Counted from the first letter of the stretch, positions 1 through 8,429 are shown. The stretch is 64,000 bases of DNA from an uncultured Collinsella sp. (GCA_958354105.1 CATWVA010000001.1:202501-266500), one strand, 5' to 3'. The notes: generated by a model not told the origin, from the sequence alone. Program-made: numbers and translations.

Positions 1-78
1 GAGCATATTCATCGCCAACCTTAACCTCATCCAGTCGGAACAGAGGGGCCGAACAAAATGCTCGGCCCTTCCTCGCAT

Positions 79-456
79 CTAGTAGGTGCTATAGACAAAT
101 TGCCATTTATCAGTTGTGCCAAGAACACCACAGGAGCACATTGCAGCGAGGCGGGATTCCCTATGATGCGCGGATCGGCGATAGCCATTTCGGTAGGAGA
201 TCGTCTTGTAAGAGATGTTGAACATCGAGATGCTGTGCCCGCTTACGCCGCGAGGACAGCTGTAGCTCCAGTAGGTATCGACGACGTCGTCCGTATACCC
301 GAGGGGCTCAACGAGGGCACACTGGCTGCTCTCCTGGGAAGGAGGCATCGGGGTATCCGCAAAAGCGGGGGCTCCCGGCAGCAACAGACAAAGAGCGAGG
401 CCGAGGAAAACCAAGAGCTTACACGACTTAACAGTACTGAACATAATCCTCTCCAA
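79..456 (-). CDS. small secreted hypothetical protein (signal peptide, several Cys)
   Basis: 125-aa ORF. MFSTVKSCKLLVFLGLALCLLLPGAPAFA resembles a Sec signal peptide. GGAGAGG lies just upstream of the internal ATG at 444, so the true start may be 444. No family recognised. Confidence 0.4.
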   Translation of the reverse strand: MERIMFSTVKSCKLLVFLGLALCLLLPGAPAFADTPMPPSQESSQCALVEPLGYTDDVVDTYWSYSCPRGVSGHSISMFNISYKTISYRNGYRRSAHHRESRLAAMCSCGVLGTTDKWQFVYSTY

Positions 457-564
457 TCTAGAGGGGTTTCGGTTACAGTATGCTGTGATTACTTGCCGGC
501 AAAGTCAATTTAACATAAACTGTTAAAAAGTAACCTGAGTTTTTTAAATTCTTCGGAGGTTATT

Positions 565-1077
565 ATGAGTTCCGACAATCGCACTCCCCGGCTTCATTCC
601 TTCCGCATCGCATGTGCGATAGCCTCTGCGACCCTTTGCGCCACCGCCATCGCACAAGTGGCGTTCTCCTTAAAGCCAGCAATCGAAGTGCTCGACAACC
701 CTGTAATTGCAGACTCCCCCGCGTATCCAGCCCTTGCGATCTCGACATTGGTCCCTGCCGTCATCGGTATCGCTACGACCATCCTCAGCGCCGTTCTCGT
801 GTGGACGATCAAGAGCGGAGACCCCTTCAAGAAAGGGTCTGCGACATGCTTGAAGGTGCTCGGCATTCTCTTCGTTGTTCAAGCTGCCACCAGCCTCTAC
901 GCCGGCTCACTCAAAACCTCCGTTTCGATGTTTGGCGGCGAGGGGGCCGTCGGCGCCCAAGAGATCGCTTCATCATTCGATTGGACCTCTCTGGTTCTCG
1001 GCATCGTCCTGTTCATGCTTTCCCAGCTCTTCTTGTACGCCCGAGAGCTGTACCTCGACTCCGACGAGATTGCGTAA
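565..1077 (+). CDS. DUF2975-like multi-pass membrane protein
   Basis: 170-aa ORF with a GGAGG RBS and about 4 hydrophobic segments. It is directly followed by a YozG-type HTH gene, the usual partner of DUF2975 proteins. Confidence 0.55.
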   Translation: MSSDNRTPRLHSFRIACAIASATLCATAIAQVAFSLKPAIEVLDNPVIADSPAYPALAISTLVPAVIGIATTILSAVLVWTIKSGDPFKKGSATCLKVLGILFVVQAATSLYAGSLKTSVSMFGGEGAVGAQEIASSFDWTSLVLGIVLFMLSQLFLYARELYLDSDEIA

Positions 1078-1086
1078 GGAAACGCC

Positions 1087-1338
1087 ATGCCCGTAATTGT
1101 TCGCCTCGACAAGATCATGGCCGAGCGAAAGATTTCCTCGAACGAACTTGCCGAAAGGATTGGAACCACGCCCGTGAACCTGTCCCGTATTAAAAAAGGG
1201 CATATTCGCGGCATTCGCTTCAACACACTCGAGCAGCTATGCCTCGCCCTTCGTTGCCAACCCGGAGACCTTCTCGAAGTCATGAGCGAAGAGGATGCCC
1301 GAAAGGAGTTCGGACTCGATTGGTCCGCCGAGGATTAG
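1087..1338 (+). CDS. short XRE/YozG-family helix-turn-helix transcriptional regulator
   Basis: 83 aa. IVRLDKIMAERKISSNELAERIGTTPVNLSRIKKGHIRGIRFNTLEQLCLAL is typical of YozG-type HTH regulators. Confidence 0.8.
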   Translation: MPVIVRLDKIMAERKISSNELAERIGTTPVNLSRIKKGHIRGIRFNTLEQLCLALRCQPGDLLEVMSEEDARKEFGLDWSAED

Positions 1339-2064
1339 AGGGCGGTCGTACTCGCCCTGCACACGGGGATGCGAATCGGCGAGGTCTGCGGCCTTCGGTG
1401 GTGCGATGTGGATTTCGAGACGGGCCTGATCTCGATCAGACACTCGGTGGCGTACGCGAAGGGAATGGGTTCGTTCATCAAGGACACCAAGACCCATGAC
1501 GCCAGGGGTATCCCCATCGACCCGGTCGGCCTACTCCCCTTCCTGAAGGAGACCCACGAGATCGACTGCGGAAAGCTGCGCTTGCGCGGCCTTACCGGGG
1601 CGGTCGAGATCGGGGACTGCTACATCCTGTCGGAGCCGGGCGCGACCTTCGCGACGACAAGCTATATCCGCAGGGCGTTCAAGACGTTCTCGGAGACCAA
1701 CGGCCTCATGGGCACCAACGACGAGCTGATCACGTTCCACGGCCTTCGCCACACGTTCGCAACGCAGTGGATCCGCCAAGGCGGCGATATCAAGGCGCTC
1801 CAATCGATCCTCGGCCACAAGGACGCCATGGCGACGCTCAACGTCTACGCCGACATCGAGCCCATCTCCAAAATCCATAACATGCTGCGCGCCACGCCGT
1901 GCCTTTGGCGCGGGCACCTCGGGCCGAGGGTCGATCCGGGTCCCATGTTCCAACAGAGGATCCAGGAGTCCATCGAGACGCTCCAGGCGTTCGGCTACGG
2001 CATCACCGAGCCGGACGACCGAAATATCGCCATACGCGACGTGAAGACGAACAGTTGGCTCTAG
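1339..2064 (+). pseudogene. 5'-truncated tyrosine recombinase / phage-type integrase (catalytic domain only)
   Basis: Integrase-like sequence (LALHTGMRIGEVCGLRWCDVDF, HGLRHTFAT, LGHKDAMATLNVYADI) begins in frame right after the stop codon of the HTH gene. The N-terminal core-binding domain is absent. Confidence 0.7.
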
Positions 2065-2460
2065 CTCACCGAGTACGCGGCAGTGCTGGGCCCATCCCAA
2101 CTGAGGTCACGGTGGTCCGATAGGGGCGCCGCCCGCGGCATGCGCCGCGGAGCGGTATCCCCTACCGAAGGGCGGGGATGCCCTCCGCTTCCAGTTCGGA
2201 ATCAGCCGTCGGAGGCGTTCGGCTGACTGCGGGAACGGCCTGTCCGCTCAATGTGTTCGGCTGAGATCGGAAATCAACCCAACACGAGCCGGACACGCGC
2301 CAGACGGCTCTTCCCCGTGCGGCCTTCCCCCTTACGCTCATGTTGCAGGCATGTAACGCCGCAGCGAGCGCGCCTTTTTTGCGCCAGACAGGTACAATGA
2401 TGAACACTGTACCGTAGCGGAGCGCCCCGCGCGCGCCGCAATCACGCGAAAGGGTTTCCC

Positions 2461-2748
2461 ATGGCCGAGATCTCGTCCTCCCGTATCGTCATCACCGTCC
2501 TTGGCAAGAACCGCCCCGGCATCGTCGCCGGCGTCACCCGTGTCCTAGGCGAGGCCAACGTCGACATCCGCGACATCACGCAGTCCATTATCGAGGACAT
2601 CTTCACCATGACCATGCTGGCCGATACCGCCGAGTCCAAGCTCGACTTCGCCGAGCTGCAGAAGGCGCTGGCCGAGGCCGGCGAGCTTTCGGGCGTCAAC
2701 GTGTCCATCCAGCGCGAGGACGTCTTTAACTTTATGTACCGCCTGTAG
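2461..2748 (+). CDS. ACT domain-containing protein (UPF0237-like)
   Basis: 95 aa. RIVITVLGKNRPGIVAGVTRVLGEANVDIRDITQS is a typical ACT fold N-terminus. Confidence 0.8.
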   Translation: MAEISSSRIVITVLGKNRPGIVAGVTRVLGEANVDIRDITQSIIEDIFTMTMLADTAESKLDFAELQKALAEAGELSGVNVSIQREDVFNFMYRL

Positions 2749-2825
2749 CGAGCAGGCCGCTGGGAATAGCCTGACACGCGCATGCCCATGCAGGCCACCC
2801 CGATGCGGCCCGGAGAGGAGCGCGC

Positions 2826-4244
2826 ATGGCTTACGACGCCAAGAAAATCTACTACCGCTTCGATGACCATCTGAGCCGCCTGGTCTTGGATTATGAGGCG
2901 AGCCGCCAGATTTCGCCCGAAAGCGAAAACCTCTACTACGGCCTGCCGACTGATCCGTACGACGAGGGTCTGTTCGTCGAGCATAACGTCAAGCGCGGCC
3001 TGCGAAACGCCGACGGCTCGGGCGTGGTCGCGGGCCTCACTCGCATCTCGGATGTGCACGGCTACAACAAGGTCGACGGAAAGGTCGTGCCCGATCAGGG
3101 CAAGCTCACGCTTCGCGGCTACAGCATCGAGGATCTGGTCAACAATGCCCAGGCCGAGAATCGCTACGGCTACGAGGAAGTCGCCTATCTGCTTATCACG
3201 GGTTCGCTACCCAACAAGGAAGAGCTCGACGGCTTTTGCGAGCGCCTGGGCGCCTTTAGACATCTGAGCGACGAGTACGTCAAAGAGTTCCCTATGACCA
3301 CGGTGTCGTCGAGCATCATGAACGTGCTCCAGCGCGCCGTGCTGCTGCTCTACGCCTTCGATGCCGAACCAGACGTGATCACGCCCGAGCACGAAATCGA
3401 CGTCGCCATTTCCATGCTCGCACGTCTCCCGCGCATCGCCGCCTTCGCACACATGGCCTCGATCGCCAAGCTTCGCGGCTCCGAGGTTCACGTGCCGCAC
3501 CCCACGCCCGGTCTCTCCACCGCCGAGACCATCCTACAGGTCCTGCGCGGCGGCATGGCATTCACCCGCGATGAGGCGATGCTGCTCGACGTTATGCTCA
3601 TGCTGCATGCCGAGCACGGCGGCGGCAACAACTCCACCTTCGCCTGCCGCGTGCTGTCCTCTTCGGCAACCGACCCGTATTCCGCTTACGCCGCGGCTAT
3701 CGGCTCGCTCAAGGGCCCGCGCCACGGCGGTGCCAATGCCAAGGTCGTGTCTATGCACGAGGACATCCGCGCGCATGTCTCCAACTGGGAGGACGAGGAC
3801 GAGGTTGCAGCCTACCTGGGCAAGATTCTCGACAAGCAGGCCTTCGACGGCACGGGTCTCATCTACGGTATGGGCCACGCCGTCTACACGCTGAGCGACC
3901 CGCGTGCCGAGGTGTGCCGCCGTTACGCGCGCTCACTGGCAGCCAAGAAGGACTTGGGCGAAGAGTTCGCACTCATCGAGCGCATCGAGCGCCTGGCACC
4001 GCAGGTGATGCGCGACCACGGCATGACCAAGCCCATCTGCGCCAACATCGACCTGTACACAGGCTTTATCTACAAGATGCTCGGCGTGCCCGAAACGCTC
4101 TTTACGCCGCTATTCGCCGTCGCCCGCATGGCCGGCTGGTCGGCACACCGCATGGAAGAGCTCTTCTGCGCGCACCGTATCATCCGCCCCGCCTATCGTC
4201 CGGTGATCGAGCCGCTGGAGTACAAGCCGCTCGCCGACCGCTAG
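2826..4244 (+). CDS. citrate synthase family protein
   Basis: 472 aa with citrate synthase signatures LHAEHGGGNNSTF, GMGHAVYTLSDPR and IDLYTGF. GGAGAGGAG RBS. Confidence 0.9.
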   Translation: MAYDAKKIYYRFDDHLSRLVLDYEASRQISPESENLYYGLPTDPYDEGLFVEHNVKRGLRNADGSGVVAGLTRISDVHGYNKVDGKVVPDQGKLTLRGYSIEDLVNNAQAENRYGYEEVAYLLITGSLPNKEELDGFCERLGAFRHLSDEYVKEFPMTTVSSSIMNVLQRAVLLLYAFDAEPDVITPEHEIDVAISMLARLPRIAAFAHMASIAKLRGSEVHVPHPTPGLSTAETILQVLRGGMAFTRDEAMLLDVMLMLHAEHGGGNNSTFACRVLSSSATDPYSAYAAAIGSLKGPRHGGANAKVVSMHEDIRAHVSNWEDEDEVAAYLGKILDKQAFDGTGLIYGMGHAVYTLSDPRAEVCRRYARSLAAKKDLGEEFALIERIERLAPQVMRDHGMTKPICANIDLYTGFIYKMLGVPETLFTPLFAVARMAGWSAHRMEELFCAHRIIRPAYRPVIEPLEYKPLADR

Positions 4245-4267
4245 GACGCGGACCGTTATAGAACTCG

Positions 4268-4306
4268 AGCGTGGCCAGGGACCCAAGCCCTCGGCCACGC
4301 TTTTTA
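4268..4306 (+). terminator. rho-independent terminator after citrate synthase
   Basis: 9-bp stem agcgtggcc/ggccacgct (4268-4276 / 4293-4301) followed by TTTTT. Confidence 0.75.
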
Positions 4307-4330
4307 TGCCAGTAGAAAGGACCGCATCAA

Positions 4331-5173
4331 ATGATTGTGTTTTCCGATATGGATGGGACGCTGCTGACGAGCGATAAGCAAATGAGCGATGCCACCTGGG
4401 CGATGCTCGACGAGCTCGCACATCGTGGCATCGAGTTTGTTCCCTGCACGGGACGTCCACTGTCGGGCATCTTTGAGCCCATTCTCGCCCATCCCGCCGT
4501 GCACTACGCGGTCTGTGCCAACGGCGCCAGCGTCTGGCAGCTCGACGAGGATACGCCCACCGACGCCTCGCGCGCCACGTGCATCTTGAGCCGTCCGCTC
4601 GACCGTGGCATTGCCCACCGCATCCATCGCATTGCCGCCGGCCACGATGTGACCTTCGATATCTTCGCGGACGGGCAGTGCTTCCTCCCCCGCTCGCTCT
4701 ACACGCGCCTGGACGAATTCTGCGGCGGCGACCCCCACATCGCGGCTTCGCTCAAGCGCACACGAACACCGATCGACATGAATATCGACAGCAAGATCGA
4801 CGAGGTCGAGACGCTCGAACGCATCGCCATGTACTGGCACGACCCGGCCGATCGCGACGCCATCGCGGCGGAGCTCGACACGCTCGGAGGCATTGAGGTC
4901 ACACGTTCGTACGCCATGAATATCGAGGTCATGGGCGAGGGCGCCACCAAGGGAACGGCCCTCACGTGGCTATGCGAGCACTTGGGCGAGCGTCTCGCCG
5001 ACGCCTGGGCGTTCGGCGACAACATCAACGACATTCCCATGCTGCAGGCAGCAGGCCACGGCATGGCCATGGTCAACGGCGAGCCCGAAGACCGCGACGC
5101 CGCCGACGCCATCACCGAGTTCGACAACGACCACGACGGCGTCGCCCGCACCATCATGGCCGCCCTCGCCTAG
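4331..5173 (+). CDS. Cof-type HAD-IIB family hydrolase
   Basis: 280 aa. Has the MIVFSDMDGTLL motif I and the FGDNINDIPML motif IV. Confidence 0.85.
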   Translation: MIVFSDMDGTLLTSDKQMSDATWAMLDELAHRGIEFVPCTGRPLSGIFEPILAHPAVHYAVCANGASVWQLDEDTPTDASRATCILSRPLDRGIAHRIHRIAAGHDVTFDIFADGQCFLPRSLYTRLDEFCGGDPHIAASLKRTRTPIDMNIDSKIDEVETLERIAMYWHDPADRDAIAAELDTLGGIEVTRSYAMNIEVMGEGATKGTALTWLCEHLGERLADAWAFGDNINDIPMLQAAGHGMAMVNGEPEDRDAADAITEFDNDHDGVARTIMAALA

Positions 5174-5292
5174 TCATTGGCCAGTCACTGGGGACGTTCT
5201 TGAATGACTAGTCGTTGGGGACAGTCTTCGCGAAAAAGCTGCAAGGACTGTCCCCCACTGCCGGCAGAAAAGGAACGTCCCCATCTGCCGGA
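5171..5292. repeat. GTCCCC-core repeat cluster A (4 units)
   Basis: ggggac cores at 5190-5195 and 5217-5222 (minus orientation); gtcccc cores at 5250-5255 and 5277-5282 (plus orientation). Each core is next to a short palindrome (gactagtc or tgccggca). Confidence 0.8.
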
Positions 5293-6087
5293 TTAAGCGA
5301 GACTCTCCAGCACGCGACGGAGCTCCTGCTGGACGGCGTGGTCGCGATTACAACCCACCACGCGATCGGCCACCGCCTTGAGCGCGGGGCGCGCGTTTCC
5401 CATCGCACAGCCCGTACCGACAAAGCGAATGATCTCGTAGTCGTTCATCGAGTCGCCAAACGCCATGACCTCGTCGCGTTCGACGCCATAGTGCTCCATG
5501 AGCTGTGCGATGCCCGAGGCCTTCGACACACCGGGCTGCATGGCATCGATCCACGCGTTGCCCGAAGGCGCAAAAGTAAAGAGCTGACCGAGTTCACGCT
5601 GCAGTACGTAAGCGCTGTCCATAACGGCACCGTCATCGCAAAAGATACTCGCCTTGATGATATTTACGCTGGGATCGGGCAGCTCCCAAATACGCTCGGC
5701 ATTGGGAAGGTCCTTATCGACCTCACGCACGAACTTGCACTCGTCATCGAGCAAGAAGGACTTGGTTCGGTCAAAAAGCGCAAGATGCAGATTGGGAAAC
5801 GTCGCGACGGCTTGGGCGAGCCTTCGAATCGCCAGGTGCGAATACACCTCACGGTCTACCATCTTGCCGTCGGCGAAGACCTGGGCACCGTTAGCGGCGA
5901 CAAAGTCCATCTTGTCGCGAACGGGCGCAAAGAACTCGCACAGGCGATCGTAGCGACGACCTGACGATGCGGCGAAATGCACGCCATGCTCGCGTAGCGC
6001 CAGAATCAGTTCGTAGGTCTCGGGAGGCACCTGGCCGTTTTCGTCAAGCAACGTGCCGTCCATATCGGATGCAATCAGTTTAAACAT
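5293..6087 (-). CDS. Cof-type HAD-IIB family hydrolase
   Basis: 264 aa. Has the MFKLIASDMDGTLLDENG motif I and FGDSMNDYEI motif IV. Confidence 0.85.
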   Translation of the reverse strand: MFKLIASDMDGTLLDENGQVPPETYELILALREHGVHFAASSGRRYDRLCEFFAPVRDKMDFVAANGAQVFADGKMVDREVYSHLAIRRLAQAVATFPNLHLALFDRTKSFLLDDECKFVREVDKDLPNAERIWELPDPSVNIIKASIFCDDGAVMDSAYVLQRELGQLFTFAPSGNAWIDAMQPGVSKASGIAQLMEHYGVERDEVMAFGDSMNDYEIIRFVGTGCAMGNARPALKAVADRVVGCNRDHAVQQELRRVLESLA

Positions 6088-6092
6088 AGAAA

Positions 6093-6154
6093 AGCTCCCT
6101 TCGGGCTTGTTGGAATCGAACGTGTATCCGATTCCAACGTACCCAAAGGGAGCT
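6093..6154 (-). promoter_or_regulatory. compound hairpin that sequesters the RBS of the HAD gene (terminator-like)
   Basis: Outer stem agctccctt/aagggagct (6093-6101 / 6146-6154) and inner stem ttggaatcg/cgattccaa (6110-6118 / 6129-6137). On the minus strand the 3' arm contains GGGAG and is followed by TTTCT and then the ATG at 6087. Confidence 0.5.
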
Positions 6155-6251
6155 CAAATAAGACTCCGCGGGCGTAAACGTTACAAGGACCTGGCAAATA
6201 GCTCACACATGCCAGAGGTCTCACGGTCGCGGCGTCAGGCGACACGCCAAA

Positions 6252-6299
6252 GAGTGTCCCCAACGACTAGTCGTTTAAGAACGTCCCCGATGACTAGTC
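6252..6299. repeat. GTCCCC-core repeat cluster B (2 units)
   Basis: gtcccc at 6256-6261 and 6283-6288, each followed by the palindrome gactagtc. The second gactagtc contains the TAG stop of adenine deaminase. 6252-6288 is an inverted copy of 5190-5226 (34 of 37 by manual alignment). Confidence 0.8.
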
Positions 6300-8114
6300 G
6301 GCGTAGGTGAAGGTTGTAACGTCGAACATGCCCTCGGGGCGGATGCGGAGCGTCGGGATCACCGGCAGGGGCAGGAAAATGATGCCCATGATGGGGTCGA
6401 GCGGCGGCTCAATACCCATGGCGCGCGCCTTGACCATAAAGTCGTCGTGCTGCGCGGCAACGTCCTCGGCCGTACCCTCGCTCATAAGGCCACCGAGCGC
6501 CAGCGGAATGCGCGCCACGACCTCGCCGTTGCGCACCAGCACGTGGCCGCCCTGGCCCACGGCCTCAACGGCAGCCATCATATCCGCCGCATTGTCGCCC
6601 ACCACGCACACGTTATGCGAATCGTGGCCGATCGTGGAGGCAATGGCACCACCGGTGATGGTGAAACCGCGCACCCAACCGCGACCGATATGCTTGCCGA
6701 CCAAGCCCAGACCGGCGGGGCCGTCGCCGTCGACACCCTCGACCTGCAACGACACGCCACGGCCATGGCGCTCAATCAGCATAATGCGGCGCAAGTCCTC
6801 GTCAGTCTCGGGGCGAATCATGCCCGTGATAGCCATGCCCGGGATCACATCGATAACGGCCTCGCCCGGCTTAAAGGCATAGTCGAACACATCGAGCGAA
6901 AGCTTCGGCAGCTTAACGGAGGCACGCAGCTCATCGGCAAGGGCCGCAACCTCGGCCATCTCGGGTGCAATCTCGCCCACAAAGGTGCCGTCCTGCGCCA
7001 CCAGGGCACCGGCGGCATATACGCGATGCGGAGCCGTGGCAAACGTCAGATCATTGAGCACCAGCAGGTCGGCACGCTTGCCCGGGGCAATCGCACCGCG
7101 TAGCTCGTACGGGTCGCGGCAGCCGTGATCCAGGCCAAACGCCTCGGCCGTGGAGAGGGACGCCATAGAGATGGCAACCACGGGGTCAATGCCGGCCTCG
7201 ATAGCCACACGGCAGGCGTTGTCGATCATACCGGTCGAAAGCGCGTCGGAGGGAGCACGGTCGTCGGTCGCAAAGCAGCAGCGGCGGGCACGGGCGGGGT
7301 TTTCCAGCAGCATCGGCGACAAGTTGGCCAGGTCATGGCTGCACGTACCCTCGCGCAGCATCACATACATGCCGCGGGACAGCTTGTCGAGTGCCTCCTC
7401 GGGAATCGTCGACTCGTGGTCGGCGATAATGCCCGCCGCGGCATAGGCGTTGAGGTCCTTTCCGGCAACGAGCGGCGCGTGGCCGTCAACCTGCTTGGAC
7501 GGCGTCTGGTTGGCAGCATCGATGCGAGCACAGGTCTCGGGGTCGCCCATAAAGACGCCCGGCAGGTTCATCATCTCACCCAGACCGAAGACATCGCCCG
7601 GATACTCGGCAAAAAACGCCTGCATATCGGCGGCGGTAATGACGGCACCGGCCTGCTCATCGGGCAGCGCGGGCACGCACGAGGGCATCATGTACTTGAT
7701 GGAAATGGGCGCGCGACGGCCGTCCTCGATCATAAAGCGCAGGCCGTCCAGGCCGGAAACGTTGGCAATCTCGTGGCTGTCGGCAATGGCAGTGGTGGTG
7801 CCGCGCGTCGCCGCCATGCGCGCATACTCAGCAGGGCGGATGTTCGAAGATTCGATATGCAAGTGCCCGTCGATAAAACCGGGGGCAAGATAGCGGCCCT
7901 GGCAGTCGATGACTTCAGCCGCCTCGTAGGTGCCAGCAGCGTCATCGCGACCGTCGTAGAGCACGCCGACGATTACGCCATCCTTGACGGCAACGCTACC
8001 GGGCGCCACGCGCTGGCCATATACGTCGACAATCTGCGCATTGGTAAACAGCGTGTCGACGGGCACGCGACCCTCGGCAGCGTCGATCACAGACCTCATG
8101 ACCTCAACGGACAT
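6294..8114 (-). CDS. ade: adenine deaminase
   Basis: Amidohydrolase with FIDGHLHIESS and length and sequence typical of Ade. I chose the start at ATG 8114 (MSVEVMRSV), preceded by AAAGGAG; the track ORF extends to 8303 through intergenic repeats. Confidence 0.9.
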   Translation of the reverse strand: MSVEVMRSVIDAAEGRVPVDTLFTNAQIVDVYGQRVAPGSVAVKDGVIVGVLYDGRDDAAGTYEAAEVIDCQGRYLAPGFIDGHLHIESSNIRPAEYARMAATRGTTTAIADSHEIANVSGLDGLRFMIEDGRRAPISIKYMMPSCVPALPDEQAGAVITAADMQAFFAEYPGDVFGLGEMMNLPGVFMGDPETCARIDAANQTPSKQVDGHAPLVAGKDLNAYAAAGIIADHESTIPEEALDKLSRGMYVMLREGTCSHDLANLSPMLLENPARARRCCFATDDRAPSDALSTGMIDNACRVAIEAGIDPVVAISMASLSTAEAFGLDHGCRDPYELRGAIAPGKRADLLVLNDLTFATAPHRVYAAGALVAQDGTFVGEIAPEMAEVAALADELRASVKLPKLSLDVFDYAFKPGEAVIDVIPGMAITGMIRPETDEDLRRIMLIERHGRGVSLQVEGVDGDGPAGLGLVGKHIGRGWVRGFTITGGAIASTIGHDSHNVCVVGDNAADMMAAVEAVGQGGHVLVRNGEVVARIPLALGGLMSEGTAEDVAAQHDDFMVKARAMGIEPPLDPIMGIIFLPLPVIPTLRIRPEGMFDVTTFTYAD

Positions 8115-8134
8115 ACATACTCCTTTAACCGTAG

Positions 8135-8170
8135 AAAAAAGCTGCGGGGCGGACAGACCTTCACCGCAGC
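8135..8170 (-). terminator. intrinsic terminator-like hairpin about 20 nt upstream of the ade start codon (candidate attenuator)
   Basis: Minus strand reads gctgcgg-N17-ccgcagc followed by TTTTTT, then ctacggttAAAGGAGtatgtATG. Confidence 0.55.
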
Positions 8171-8250
8171 AAGTCAATAGCCATTGTATGCCCAAACGAT
8201 GGGTCGGGAATACACCCCCTCCGCTTAACGGCACACGCCGCTTGGCGCGA

Positions 8251-8429
8251 TGGGGACAGGTTGCTTTGTACCAATGACAAGGAGTGTCCCAAAGTGCCGG
8301 CACAAAAGGAACGTCCCCAAGTGCCGCAGAGTGGATAATCTCCCACTTTGAACCCCCAAGCAGGCCAAAAACGGAAGATTATCCACTCTCATTCTGTGGG
8401 CACTCATTTAAGTCTGTCCCCAATGAGTG
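8251..8429. repeat. GTCCCC-core repeat cluster C
   Basis: Cores at 8252-8257 (minus), 8285-8289, 8303-8308 and 8416-8421 (plus). The 28-mer cactcatttaagtctgtccccaatgagt at 8401-8428 is identical to two copies at 56.9 kb. A 14-bp perfect inverted repeat lies at 8328-8341 / 8376-8389. Confidence 0.8.

Noticed and set aside
1-78. Hairpin gggccga-N9-tcggccc as a terminator.
   Set aside because: The stem is only 7 bp and no T-run follows on either strand. It also lies at the window edge, so its context is unknown.
2101-2330. tRNA or tmRNA gene next to the integrase fragment (gttcggaatc resembles a T-loop).
   Set aside because: The flanking bases do not form a T-arm, and I could not draw an acceptor stem or an anticodon arm on either strand.
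8115-8280. Purine (adenine/guanine) riboswitch upstream of adenine deaminase.
   Set aside because: The leader is GC-rich and lacks the conserved purine-aptamer strings I remember (the UAUAAU...GGAUAUGG...GUUUCUACC...CCGUAAAU pattern). Only the terminator-like hairpin is kept, as a candidate attenuator.
6294-8303. N-terminally extended ORF versions from the track: ade to 8303, tyrS to 9931, ygfK to 46641, ridA to 51265, rplB to 61148, the ygfJ-like gene to 32059, the PBP from 11930 and the second YheO-like gene from 49825.
   Set aside because: In each case an internal start codon is preceded by a good Shine-Dalgarno sequence and matches the conserved N-terminus of the family. The extensions run through intergenic repeats or give non-homologous sequence.
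8328-8389. Inverted pair of DnaA-box-like sequences (gtggataat / attatccac), suggesting a replication origin.
   Set aside because: There are only two imperfect boxes (8 of 9 to TTATCCACA as I recall it). They form the arms of a 14-bp hairpin. No dnaA/dnaN context and no AT-rich unwinding element are present. This is more simply one more palindrome in a repeat-rich spacer.
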